Shown: positions 41,560 to 54,249, counted from the stretch's first letter. The stretch: DNA of 64,000 nt from Octopus sinensis (GCF_006345805.1 NC_043010.1:19220001-19284000); one strand, 5' to 3'. A program made the numbers and translations. The notes: generated by a model from the letters alone, not told the origin.

Positions 41560-42700
41560 TCTTTGTGTCATTATAAAAGACTTTGTGCCATTATTATTAT
41601 TATGAAATCAAATTCAGTTCGAATTAATGTCACTGTCCATTCAAATTTGATCTCAATAAAATCCCTTTCTTTCGCTCCTCCTTTTACTACACTTGTATCA
41701 TAAAGTCAATAAAATACAGTAATATTGATCAGCTTTTATTGCGTTATGCTTACTAATGATGCTGCATTGGTTACATCCGTTATTAGGGTCCCCTACTTTG
41801 CTGCCGGTGTACTCGCATCCTTTCAGGTAATGAATTTTCAAACTGGCATTTGAAACAGAAACCCAGATTTCCGTTTTTACAGTTGAATTTTTCATTTTCA
41901 AATATTTTCTTCTTGTCTTTATGTCGATATTCTAACCAACACACATAAAGTGATATCTACCACAAAGACTGTCATCGCACACAAATATCATGAAGTTTTT
42001 GTCGCTGTTGTTTAAATCAAATCTTGTCTTTGTCAACGATTATTTCATTCTTTTCAGTTGTTGTTTAGTTTGAACAAGCGTTCGGTTGTTAAATAAATCC
42101 CTTCATTTATTTGCTTTGGTAATAGACAAATTTAATTTGGTGACGTTGAAGATATTCAGATGACGTCTCACTACGAAAGATACCACTACGGGCCTTGTGT
42201 TCCTCTTTCTTGGATTGTGTGAAGATATTTTAGGAGTCTTCGTTTTGCTCGTCTATACCATTTTGTATAAGTGGAGTTGATATAATTTTGTTGAAGCAGA
42301 AATCCTTAGGAGCTTGCCGTTTTCCCGGCCAGACAGTATGGAAAGCTATGTTTTATATGCACTGGATGGCATGATTTAAAGTTCAGGTCCAGCTATATAT
42401 CTGTATTTTTATTATATTTATCCGTTATGACGGCCGCCGTCGAGTGGCTGAAACCAGCAAAACAAAAGAGGATACCCTGTAGTTTCCTATCTTCCATACT
42501 CGGGAAGTGAGTTCTGCTCTTTTTATCAATATAAACAGAAGTTTTGTAGTGTTGCCATTGTCACAAACTAGATTTGATGTGTTTATCGTTTCAGCATTCA
42601 TTTGCAAATATCACAACTAGATATACGTCACCTCCCGGTTATAATCCAGATATATTTTGTATTTATGAGAAAAGACGTCGAAATGAATCGATAGAGAGTT
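41560..42700 (-). mobile_element. Degraded Penelope-like element (RT thumb, linker and GIY-YIG region)
   Basis: Minus strand: LNFKSCHPVHIKHSFPYCLA (RT thumb), SLTKTRFD, EKFNCKNGNL...SLPERMRVHRQQSR (GIY-YIG region). Confidence 0.65.
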
Positions 42701-43076
42701 ATTGTATTTGTTATTCTCAATAAATAACCGCCAGATCACGATACATGGCCATAACCTTTTGCTTAATTATTGTATTAAACAATATTTTGCGTGAGTACTT
42801 AAGAATTGGTCACATGATATTAACTCTGTCTCTAAACCAGAGATTTTGAACCATTGTTATTTTTCCTATTTGTTCCTTTCCTTTTTGTCCAGTCTTGCGG
42901 GATATCCACCATGCAGAGAAGATTTTTCTTACTAAAATGCTTTTTTTGTCTGTTAGTAGTCTTTGAAGTTCCATTTTGGTTTTACCTATTGTTTTTTCCG
43001 TTTTTTAAAAATATTTCTGTTAATTTGTCTAAATCTAAACAATTTCTCCTTCTAATTTATAGTGCATTGTTTCCGA

Positions 43077-43135
<59 letters not shown>

Positions 43136-43547
43136 CCTCTTCGTGAGTGACGGCTGTTTTGTCGTTCATAGCTAGAGGGGGGGAGTTGACAGTCAGTGTA
43201 TGTTTTGAGAGGAAGTCTAAATATTTACCAAGGACCGCCATAGCGTCAAGTCACGGTAACTTGGAGCTTCGTTAGTTTCAGGAGTTCTTTCATTGCTTAT
43301 TATCCCCAACAATTTCCTTGGAGGAAAACTACTTCACTGCACTTACCCGGAATCAGAACTTAATGACTGAGGAATAAAATTACATACGAACAAACGCACA
43401 CACACACACACACATACAGACACAGAGTTTTCGGACCTAACGTCCAGTCGAGTACCCCAAACGTTGGTATAAGCTCAGGTACAATAAACACATTGTAGAT
43501 AGTTCCGAGGACCATATTTTTTATATTCTTATTATATTGGTATCATA

Positions 43548-43754
43548 ATTTGGCACAAGGCCTGCAATTCTGAGTGAGGTAATAAATCGATTACATCGAC
43601 CCCCCAGTCTCCAAATAGCACTTATTTTATCGACCCCGAAAAAATGAAAGGCAAAGTCGACCGCAGCGGAATTCAAACTCAGAACGTAAAGACGGACGAA
43701 ATGCTGCTTAGCATTTTGTCCGGCGTGCTGGCGATTCTGCCATCTCGCCGCCTT
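43548..43754 (-). mobile_element. SINE family A copy
   Basis: Reverse complement of the family A head and core. Confidence 0.8.
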
Positions 43755-43989
43755 ATTATTCTTGTTACATTGCCTGGTTAAATGCTCCTTGTTAAAGGTT
43801 CTGTCAAAGGAAATATTATCATCTATTCCTAAGTACCTGTAGCACTTTACATCGGAGAAATGATCACGCCATCAGTAGTAATGTTACTAGATATATATGT
43901 AATTCGGAATCTTGGGCTTAGTAGCCCACGCTCTTAACCACTACGCCATATGCCCGTGGGCAATTATGTAGTGAATTTTAGGGCTTATA

Positions 43990-44265
43990 AATCTAATATT
44001 CTCCTATCTTTCCTTAATACCGGTTCCCATATGCTGTTCATATCTGCACTCGGTCTGCTTAGGAGGTTGTTGTGTCCTAGTATCTGTAGTTCTTCCCCGT
44101 TTTATAACCATATAAGAACCATTATCCTGACTGCCCGCTCTCTCCTTGTATCTTTTGAGAACGTCAGAAGTAGGGCCAACGCTTTCCTCCGAACCATCCA
44201 TACTTTTGGAATTTGTTTTCAACTCATCCACAAAGAAGCAATATGTTAAGTTGGTATTGCTTAAT
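43990..44265 (-). mobile_element. R4/Dong-like RT core fragment
   Basis: NLTYCFFVDELKTNSKSM (degenerate FVDDLK), then LLTFSKD and GQDNGSYMVIKRG after frameshifts. Confidence 0.6.
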
Positions 44266-44480
44266 CTTCAGAATGGACGGTGGGGTTTACTGAAGAAAGA
44301 AACAGCATGAAAGAGAGATGGTCACCTTGAAAAGTATATATGCCATACTGTATACTATCAGTGACCAACAGAATCACTGCACTTAACTCTAGACTGGGAA
44401 CCTTGATGATGGCGTCTGAAGTTTAGCAAGTCTCCAGCATCCATGAGTGAGAATCAGTGCCAAGATTTATGCATGTCATT

Positions 44481-44760
44481 ATTACCTCCGCCTTCGCTAA
44501 GGCGGAGGTATTGTTTTCAGTCCTGTTTGTTTGTTTGTCCGTGGACAAAATATCTCAAGAATCGCTGGATGAATTTGGATGAAACTTTCAGGGATGTTTG
44601 GCATTTTTGAGAGCGGTCAGCTTCATTTTTAGTATTCTCGTTTGTGAGAGCAGTCGAGTTTATTTCAGATATTCTCATTTTAAAAATCATCTCTGGCTAA
44701 TCATTGAGAGGACATTGGTGTTGCCTTGGCAAAGGTTTGTGCTCTCTGAGTGCTCTTGTT
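44481..44760 (+). mobile_element. Non-autonomous Helentron/DINE-like (HINE) element
   Basis: 5' perfect hairpin acctccgcctt-cgct-aaggcggaggt, a short (gttt)n tract, a degenerate subterminal repeat ccttggcaaaggt and a 3' gctctctgagtgc stem. Confidence 0.6.
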
Positions 44761-45261
44761 CAGTTTAATTTCAAGATTTCCTGCCAATAGTGAAAGAACT
44801 GGTTTCTAACCTAGATCCAAGGCTCCTTCATCGGAATTTCAACAACATCAACAGGATATTTGTGCATGTGTGCAGTATATGTGTGCATTTTTGGAGTCAT
44901 TGCAGGTGTAAATTTGTATGTTTTGTTTTATGTAGGTATTCTGATGTATATAGATGCATGTCTAGACATGCACATGTATACTTAAATCGTAAATTTTTGG
45001 AAAGTTTTACAAATTCTGTAAGTACGAATTACAAATTTCGTGTGTATGTATGTATTAACGTATGTATGTATGTATGTATGTGTATGTATGTGTATGTATG
45101 TGTATGTATTTATGTATGTATGCGCATATATATGTGTGTGTATGTTTGTGTGTATGTGTGTGTATGTCTATATACGGATGCATGTATGGCTGTGTCTGTA
45201 AACATGTGTATATATGAATACGTATGTATGCATATTTATGTGTGTGTTTATGTATGCTGGT

Positions 45262-45297
<36 letters not shown>

Positions 45298-45812
45298 CAG
45301 CAGTAGTGGTGGTGGTGGTGGTAGAGTAGGTAAGGGTATGGTAATGGTGATGGTGGCGGTGACGGCGGCAGTGAATTTCGAATCGAATCAAAAGACGAGC
45401 CTAATCGAGTTAAAATTACAGATCGATCCACTCCTAATAATCTCGCTGTATTCGATTGTTAAACTGATTGGAGCATGAGCGTAGAAACGGCTGTCTTGTT
45501 ATCTTTGACACATATTGGTTCTAAAGGCTGAAAGGAGAGCAGACGGGGGAGGGCAAGGGCCCGAAAGCTTGCGATTTTATACGCCTGGCCATGTTACATA
45601 TATGGTTGTATGTGTGTGTGTGTGTATGTGTGTGTCTGTGCGTGTATGTGTACGTGTGTATGCGTGTGTGTGAGTGTGTGCGCGCGTTCTTGTCAATAGA
45701 AATGAAAGGAAACGGTACGCAATAAAGCTTAACTGTTGAAAACCAAGCTCATATATATATATAAATTTACACACACACACAATATATATGTGTATATATA
45801 TATATATATTAT

Positions 45813-45863
<51 letters not shown>

Positions 45864-45959
45864 GTGTGCGTGTGTTATGTTTTATGCATGCATATAAGTA
45901 TGTGTGTATATTACTGTATCGACCAGATAAAATTAGATGATGTCATACACCGCTGTTCA

Positions 45960-46215
45960 CAGTGCACTTCCTCGCATTGTTGTAGCTTTCGATTGGTACC
46001 CCACTACAGGCTAGACAGGCAGGCAGGCCAACATTGCCCCTGATCGGAAGGCTCTTCCGTTGCAGGGGTGACCCTTTTTACAGCTGAGTGGACTGCAGCC
46101 ACACTGAAATGAAGTGTTTTGCCCAAGGACACAATGTGCAGCCGATCTGGGAATCAAAACAACGATTATGTGATTGTGAGCCGACGCCCTAACCATTAGG
46201 CCGCGCTCCTTCACC
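45960..46215 (-). mobile_element. tRNA-derived SINE, family C-related head
   Basis: Reverse complement contains gtgtccttgggcaaaacacttcatttcagtg and a tRNA-like head. Confidence 0.6.
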
Positions 46216-46249
46216 TTTGTGTGTGTGTGTGTGTGTTCTTTCTCTTTTT

Positions 46250-47100
46250 AAATCTGGAATAAATCATGACCGGCCGCCTACCTAGCAGTAGGGTTATGAA
46301 GGAAAACATCTTGCTTTAATCTTCACCCTTTAAATATGAAGGTCTTGCAGAATTTTTAGACCCAAGTATCGTGATCCTTTGTAGCATATGAATTAAAGAT
46401 TTGCATTCTCTCCCCAAGGTCTCAAGTTCAGCCATACTTTGCTCCAGACGGGGCGCTATGTATCCTATTGCTCCAATGATAATTGGCACGAAGCTGAAAG
46501 TGCATCTTGAGTACTGGATTTGCAAACTCCTTGTCAGTGGTCTTTAGATGTTCTCTTATATTTTTCTAACCACATTGGTGTCCAGACAGCAGATTCCCAC
46601 AACAGAACATATTTCCTTGTGGTCCCACACAACAATATCTGGCCGGTTGTGTTTTAATTTAGTGGCTGTTTTAATTTTTAAGTTTCACCAATATTCTTTT
46701 ACGCCATCGGTCTCAATATGGTCAACTTCGTCTGTAGGTGTTTTCTTTTTTTGCTATCCTGCTCCAGACTGTAGCCTTCGAAGTGAGACATCATAAACTT
46801 GTTGCTAATCCAGGCCAAGCTTTTTGGCATGGTCAGTCGCTTCTATGGTTTATGTTTTACGTGCCAAGTAGTCATGTACTATCTTCTCTGTGAACTGGTC
46901 CATTTTCTAATATTCTGTCGTTGGAATAAACAGATTTTACCAATTCTCCTTGGAGAGACATCTATATCAGCTCTTATTTCACACCTCTTCTTAAGTTCAT
47001 TAGCAATCGTAATTATGTTGTTGTTTTCGTAGTCACAAATTTGACCAACAGAGTTACTAGTCTCTTCTCTCTGTCGCAGATGTCGTTTAAGCTTCATGAT
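46250..47100 (-). mobile_element. R4/Dong-like element 3' portion with REL domain
   Basis: IKTATKLKHNRPDIVVWDH...FSFVPIIIGAIGYI...MLQRITILGS. Confidence 0.75.
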
Positions 47101-47218
47101 ACGTGCTTCATATGACACATGTATGTATGCATACATGTATGTATGTATGCATATATGTATGTAAGTATGTATGTATGTATGTTTGCATTTATGTATGTTT
47201 GCATTTATGTATGTATGC

Positions 47219-47251
<33 letters not shown>

Positions 47252-47358
47252 TGTATGTATGTATGTATGTATGTATGTATGTATGCATTTATGTGTATAT
47301 GCATGCATGTATCTATGTGTATCTGTGTGTGTTTTGACTCAATATTTAGACGCTATGT

Positions 47359-47945
47359 AAGGCGGCGAGCTGGCAGAAACGTTAGCACACCGGCCGAAAT
47401 GCTTAGCAGTATTTCATCAGCGGCTACGTTCTGAGTTAAAATTCCGGCGAGGTCGACTTTGCCTTTCATCCTTTCGGGGTCGATAAATTAAGTACCAGTT
47501 ACGCACTGGGGTCGATGTAATCGACTTAATCCGTTTGTCTGTCCTTGTTTGTCCTCTCTATGTTTAGCCCCTTGTGGGTAGTAAAGAAATAGATACTTCG
47601 CCTGCCGTTACGTTCTGAGTTCGAATTCCGCCGACGTCAACTTTACCTTTATCCTTTCAGGGTCGATTAAATAAGTACCAGTTACGCACTGGGGTCGATA
47701 TAATCGACTTAATCCGTTTGTCTGTCCTTGTTTGTCCCCTCTGTGTTTAGCCCCTTGTGGGTAGTAAAGAAATAGGCATTTCATCTGTCTTTACTGACGT
47801 TCTGAGTTCAAATGCCGCCAGGGTCGATTTTATCTTTCATTCTTTCGTGGTCGATATATTAAGTACCAGTTGTATACTGGGGGTCGATCTAATCGACTAC
47901 CCCCCATTCCCCCAAAATTTCGGGCCTTGTGCCTCGAGTAGAAAT
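47359..47945 (+). mobile_element. Three tandem copies of tRNA-derived SINE family A
   Basis: Head aaggcggcgagctggcagaaacgttagc with a B-box-like gagttcaaattcc and central gactttgcctttcatcctttcggggtcgataaattaagtaccag. The second and third units are 5'-truncated. Confidence 0.85.
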
Positions 47946-47987
47946 GAAATGTATTTCGAGATGCACTATTCCAAGAAAACTTATACA

Positions 47988-48048
<61 letters not shown>

Positions 48049-48110
48049 GTGAGTGTGTGTGTGCGCATATTCCCAGCAAATAATGTTTCAAATGTTCTTT
48101 TCTGTTACAG

Positions 48111-48283
48111 GTAAAGAAGTAGTGGAATATATAGCTGAGTACCTGTCCAATATCCGCTCCCGAAGAGTGCTTCCGGACGTGAAACCTGGCTACATGAGGA
48201 AGTTGGTGCCTGAAAATGCTCCAGAAAAAGGCGAAAAATGGGAAAACATATTTTCCGACATCGAGCGAGTAATTATGCCAGGA
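48111..48283 (+). CDS. HDC: Internal coding exon of a group II PLP-dependent aromatic amino-acid decarboxylase, most likely histidine decarboxylase (equivalent to exon 2)
   Basis: Acceptor ttcttttctgttacag at 48110 and donor gtaagt at 48284. Phase 1 to phase 0, 173 bp, translating (G)KEVVEYIAEYLSNIRSRRVLPDVKPGYMRKLVPENAPEKGEKWENIFSDIERVIMPG. YL..IR.RRV.PDV.PGYMR and W..IF.DIER.IMPG fit the HDC N-terminus better than DDC or TDC. The phase-1 intron inside the Gly codon matches the HDC exon structure as I recall it. Adjacent exons not found. Confidence 0.82.
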
Positions 48284-48399
48284 GTAAGTATTAATTAGAA
48301 GGATTTACATTTTGGTTATTTTTTATCATTTACTGCGCGCTCGCGCACCCCTCAGAAGCACATTCACATAAAATGCATACATACGTATATATATATAAA

Positions 48400-49181
48400 T
48401 CTCTTATTATAAAAGGCAGATTTTATCTGCCTCCCTTTGTAAGTTATAGAAATCTACAATATAGGATTTCTTCAATTACAATTTACCTAGCATTTTTAAG
48501 AGTAGAATGCATCGGGTCATGCCAGGTCCAGTTTTTAAAATTTAAACTCCAATTAAGCAAAATTTACAGAAAACTCACATTCTGGTGTGTATGTCAAATG
48601 CTTTTCTTAGTCTGGTTTACAGCACACGCAAACGCACACACACAGTGTGCAACGAATAAAGTGAAACTAGATGTAATATTTGTTTCTGTCTATCACGCTG
48701 ATAGATACATGAGTAAAATGTATGGGAAGCTAACAGATAAGAGTGAGTGAAAATGTTCTTGGAAGAGAGTAAATTAGCGACAGAGTGATTTGAGCAAGAC
48801 TAAACTGAAAGTATGAAACAGTGTTTATGTATAAACAGACGACACTTATATAAACCCTTTCGTTACCAAACCGCCCGAATTTACCTATTCATATTTAAAT
48901 GAGAATATCATAGTAAATCTCTTTAGTACATTCGTGAAAACACGTATTATACTTCGTAAACACTTCAAATACAGTTTTGTACAAAAATCGAAGTGTAATT
49001 TTAATTCCGTGAATTATGGGAGATTTTTTTCCGAAATTTGTTCCTATTGTGTTTTCAAAAATTGTAATTCTGACAAAAAATGGATACGAATTTCATTATA
49101 TCAAGCAGCGAGTCAGAATTCGAAGGATTTTCTACTGAAGACCTTCATAAATCTAACTCTATGACTGAAAAAAAAAAAGCA
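48400..49181 (+). mobile_element. Second Helitron-type 5' end and body abutting the Helitron at 49182
   Basis: A|TCtcttattataaaaggc start at 48400. No separate hairpin-CTAG end is seen before 49182. Confidence 0.5.
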
Positions 49182-49574
49182 TCTTTATATAAGAGTAAAG
49201 TTGTGTGTCTGTCCCCTTCGATTTAGATTCGTAACTACTCCCACATTTTGCGGTGCAGTTTAACCAAAAGCGGGTATCTTATAGTCGTGATTCATATCGA
49301 GCCCTTCTGGGTATTAGCGCGCGTCTACGATGAGTCTACGATTTAAAAAAATTTACCATCATATTTTTCCATTTTAATGCATTTTTTTCGCTTTTATATA
49401 AGGGAAGTAACTCTCTAAAAATATCTACGATGTGTCAACGATTTAAAAAAAAATTTACCTTAATTTTTTTCAATTTTTAATGCATTTTTTTGCTATTTTT
49501 TGGCTATAACTCTCTAAAAATGCTTATATAGTTATTTCCCTTACAACCCGAGCAACGCCGGGCGATACTGCTAG
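49182..49574 (+). mobile_element. Non-autonomous Helitron
   Basis: Inserted between A49181 and T49575. Starts TC(tttatataagag), has a subterminal hairpin cccg-agcaacgc-cggg, and ends CTAG. Confidence 0.8.
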
Positions 49575-49637
49575 TACATATACATATATGCATACACATA
49601 TATACACACATATATGTATATGCATATGCATCTTTAC

Positions 49638-49748
<111 letters not shown>

Positions 49749-50084
49749 TAATCCAAACAAGAAAACACAAAAGAAACACAACAAGGCGAGGACGTGGAAC
49801 AAATATAGTATTATTGGACGTTCAGGAAAGAAGAGTGTGTGTGTGTGTATGTATGCATGTCTATATGTATATATACAAATATATATACATATATATATGT
49901 ATATATATATGCTTATATATATATATATATGTATGTATGTGTGTGTATGTGTGTGTATACATTTACATATACTGACATACATATGCATATCCAGTTTCTA
50001 ATTTTACTCTATTTTATCTAAGGGCTGTGGCCATGCTGGAATTTCGTTGTTGATGAGTTCATTTATTACAATTCCTTTCATTTT

Positions 50085-50530
50085 CACAACCACTTTCCAT
50101 GCTTGATTTTTGTAAGATAATTAGTTGCACAACGCCGTCTTTGTTTGTGTTTCTAATCGTGCTAAAGGTTCGTCTGGTATCCCGGATAAAACTTTACCCA
50201 AATGTTCTTTATACGCATTCACATCTATGTCTCGTAGATCTCTGATTGGGGTTTGGTAAAGTACTGAAAAGCTGTGAGTCCGTCAATCCTAAACTGTTAC
50301 AGTATTAGGTCTCTATTGTATATGGAGAGGGATAGACCTACCTTTGGAACTCTACTGTCGATTACAGAACCGGGGCCGCTTTAGTTTTCGGTCTCAAAGT
50401 TAAGCGATGACCCCGCTGGATCTTTCACGTCTTCGCTTCACAGAATAGAGCTTCAGTTCTATTTTTACTTGCTCCAGTCCCTCAACTGTTGCACTGAGAC
50501 AATCTTAGTGTAGCAGCGTTGAATTGCTTT
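50085..50530 (-). mobile_element. CR1-type LINE 3' coding remnant
   Basis: Minus strand reads LKLYSVKRRRER...HSFSVL...PIRDLRDIDVNAYKEHLGKVLSGIPDEP, typical of the CR1 ORF2 C-terminus. Confidence 0.65.
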
Positions 50531-50792
50531 CAGATGTGGTGTTGGAGAACTCATTAGACCTATGTGTGTGTGTGTGTGAGTAAATTTAAACAATGCGTTC
50601 GTAGAAAGTTGATGAGCAATGCTACTGAAAGAACACTAACTGAAATATGCCTATACACTCATTACCTGCATTTTTTATCTTCGGTCGCATTGTTTACATA
50701 GACGTATCCGTATACGAAACATGCTAACTTTCAGTGCTGGCTCTGAACTCTGAGGAAATATACCTAAATATATATATTTTTTTCTCTTATTC

Positions 50793-50828
50793 CTTTCTGT
50801 TGAAGAGCGTAGGCTCGAAACGTAAAAG
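50793..50828 (+). ncRNA. Minimal hammerhead-like motif (CUGUUGA core), copy 3
   Basis: Same motif as copies 1 and 2, lying downstream of the HDC exon in sense orientation. Confidence 0.55.
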
Positions 50829-50961
50829 ACTTTTTCATTTTTCCCGAGCGTTAAACTAATACACTTGCTTGTCGTTCATACACCTGTTTTCGTCTTTTGT
50901 TTTTCTATAAATTTCAACTGAGTATATATATATAGACAGACAGACAGACAGACAGACAGTC

Positions 50962-51056
<95 letters not shown>

Positions 51057-51734
51057 GAAATTTATTTTAAGCTGACACATCTGAAATTACAAATCTGAGT
51101 TACATGTTTTATTGATTTTCAATAAAACAAATGAATCAAATGATCTTATATTCATACACGAAATCGAACTTGTTCGATCGGTATATAAGTAATAGACAAC
51201 AGCTTGAACTAGGCGGAGCGTAAAAGAGTATCGCATACAAAACAGACGACATCTACCCGTTTGGTCTTTTAGAATATTTTAATGAAATATTCCGAATTAC
51301 GATGTCAGAAACACTGAATGTTTGCTGCGCGTTAACAAAGGAATATTTTGGCTTGTTTGGAACACATAATAGGATTGTTGAAGGTTATAAGGTGTCTGGA
51401 TATTCAGCATTTAAAAAATATTCCAGTAAGCCTTTCGCCTGCAGTCAACAAAATAGATTTTTTAAGATAAAATTCCTATGAAACAATATATTCCATTTTT
51501 TGTGGGACACAAAACACAGGTCTATCGTTATCCTCATCATAAGGGCTGACGTGTTCTGAAGAATTTACAGGTAATTCCATATCGTACTTACATTTACCAG
51601 AATCGCGCCTATGACTAAACTGCCTGCTACAAGGTCCAACATTTTGACGAACACCTTACGGATATTCATTGCAAAATATACAAAAATGTTCATAAAATAT
51701 TAACACTAATGATATTAATTCTTTCCTATAATAA

Positions 51735-51927
51735 GCAAATTTTGGAGGAGGGGGCTGATCAATCACATCGACCCCGAATGGCTGAAAGGCAAAATCGACT
51801 TAGGCAAAGTTTGAACGCGGAACATAAAGATGGACGAAATGCCGCTAAGCATTGTCTGGCGTGCTATCGAATCTACCAACTCGTCACCTTAATAATAATG
51901 ATGATGATGATGATGATGATGATAATA

Positions 51928-51985
<58 letters not shown>

Positions 51986-52135
51986 TTTTATACTGGAAGC
52001 TCAAGGCCTCAAATTTGGGGGAAGGGATTAAGTCGATTACATCGACTCCAGTGCGCAACTGGTACTTATATAATCGACCCCGAAAGGATGAAAGTCAAAG
52101 TTGATCTCGGCGGAATTTGAACTCAGAACGTAGCG

Positions 52136-52136
<1 letters not shown>
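51735..52136 (-). mobile_element. Two SINE family A copies (about 51735-51890 and 52000-52136) separated by (AAT)n/(GAT)n
   Basis: Reverse complement of the family A head and core. Confidence 0.8.
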
Positions 52137-52167
<31 letters not shown>

Positions 52168-52798
52168 CAATAATGGAAATAATTTCTAACTTATTTTATT
52201 ATTTATATGTGTATGTGTGCGAGTCAGTGTGTATATCTGTCTCTGGCTTTACATATATCTGTGTGTGTGTATATATGTGTGTGTGTATGTGTGTGTGTGT
52301 GTGTGTATGTGTGTGTGTGCATGCGTGTGTATTTATATGTATAAATTTTGTATGAAGCATTAAAGTCTATATCTTTTTCAGGAGACATTTTCTTCAATCT
52401 TCGCCGTACATATTTCTATGTGTAACATAAAAAAAGAAACAAAAACGTTTTTTCTCCATTTCCTCTTCGCATCCTATATTAATTGATATTGTCGTTCAGT
52501 GTTTTTTTATTCATGACTGTCACTGTCTGACGAAAACCTATGAAAAGATGTTTTTGTCAAACGCACAGACGAAAGCGTAAGCACAATTCATCATACACAC
52601 ACACACACACACACCACACACACACACACACCACACACACACACACCACACACACACACACACACACACCACACACACACACATATATATATATAAAACG
52701 AAAATATTGAACTCATACTTTGAAGTAGTCATTCATACCTAGGACTCGGTGCTTACACTCATGTGTGTGTGTGTGTGTGCATACATACATGTATGCGT

Positions 52799-52836
<38 letters not shown>

Positions 52837-52839
52837 AGG

Positions 52840-54245
52840 TACACATAGCAGGGTATGTCGTGCTATGAACCAACAGACGAGAAAGGTCTCATGTAGGAGT
52901 GGTAATGTACATCCGTGATGATGTCACGTCTATGGTACTCTTGTCTCACTCCAACACTGTATGTGATACTCAGGTAGTACACATTAAACAGATGAGGTTG
53001 GTAATATGTACCACATATCGCCCACCAAATGCGTCAGATCATGAGAACTCATTTGAAGAGTTCCTCAAAAATTATGAAAGATGTTTTGACGAATCTCGAC
53101 AACGATCTGCACATACTTCTCTTAGGGTATTTCAATCTTCCTCATGTAAAATGGCCAGAGGGTTGTCCCTTTCAAGTATGTCATTTCGAAATCGGAAGCA
53201 TGCAGAGTCTTTGCCTGACTTCACTGACGCACTCTTTATTGAGCAGATGGTGCATCACCCCACAAGGGGAAAGAATATCCTGGACCTATGTTTCACAAAC
53301 AGCTCGGCACTCATACATGACGTGAAAGTGACACAGGCGCATTTTTTCGGACCAAAATTTAATAGAGCTAGTGATGTATGGACCACAAAAGACCACGGAC
53401 ATACGAAATACTAGAAACGCTCATCTCATCTCTAACCTGAATTTCCACAAAGCTGACTGGAAGGGCATTGAGAAAGATGTCCTGAAATGTAACTAGTCCA
53501 CCATCCTCTCTGGGGAAAACATCGACATGAAACTACAGAACTTCATGGCAACCATATATGATATCTGCAGTAAGTTTACCCCAAAGAGAACACCAAATCA
53601 ACTGGTGAAAAATATAATGCCCAAGGATAGGAGGGTACTAATGAGACGAAGAACAAAAATCTCAAGCCGTCTAAATGGACATCTAAAAGATTTCAAACGA
53701 CTCCACTTCGAATGCAACTTGCTTGAGATTGAAAACGCACTCAAACATTCCCATGAAAAGGAAAGAGCAGAAAAGGAAGCCAGGGCTATCAAAAACATTA
53801 AAGCGAACCCTAAGGCCTTCTATGGATATGCGAAAGAATCTGCTTCAGTGCGTTACAAAATAGGACCGCTACTAGATGAAAACGGCTCACCAACTGCGGA
53901 CCCCCAGAGGATCAGTGAATTACTGAATGCACAATACAAGAGTGCTTTCAGCAAACCGCTGGGGAAGCTACGAGTGACTGTGCTGGATAGGTTCTTTGAC
54001 CCCGAAGACACACTGTAACATGGCAACTGTTGATAACATCAACATAGAAAAAACTGATGTGATATCAGCTATTGAAGAGCTGAGCTCGAACTCAGCAACG
54101 GGCCCTGGTGGATTCCCTTCAATCCTCCTAAAGAAATGTAAAAGAGCTCTAGCTAGACCGCTTCAAATCTTTTTCCAGGAGTCCTGCAGGATGGGAAAAC
54201 CTCCAAAAAAAACTAAAAGAGGGAATAATATGCTCTATCCATAAC
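52840..54245 (+). mobile_element. Degraded CR1-type LINE: APE endonuclease and start of RT, truncated
   Basis: Motifs GVVMYIRD, ICTTYRPP, LLGYFNLPHVKW, HPTRGKNILDLCFTN, NFHKADW, IKANPKAFYGYAK, IGPLLDENG and SATGPGGFPSILLKKC, across frameshifts. Confidence 0.88.
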
Positions 54246-54249
54246 TTAT

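Noticed and set aside
45701-45713. atgaaaggaaacg|gtacgc as a possible HDC first exon (MKGNG); likewise 33528-33570 ([15 protein letters not shown])
   Set aside because: Correct phase but no similarity to the conserved E(Y/F)R.RG N-terminal helix, and weak donor context.
51430-51660. Short minus-strand frame RQNVGPCSRQFSHRRDSGKCKYDMELP...DRPVFCVPQKMEYIVS
   Set aside because: Bounded by stops with no recognisable family; needs BLASTx before any claim.
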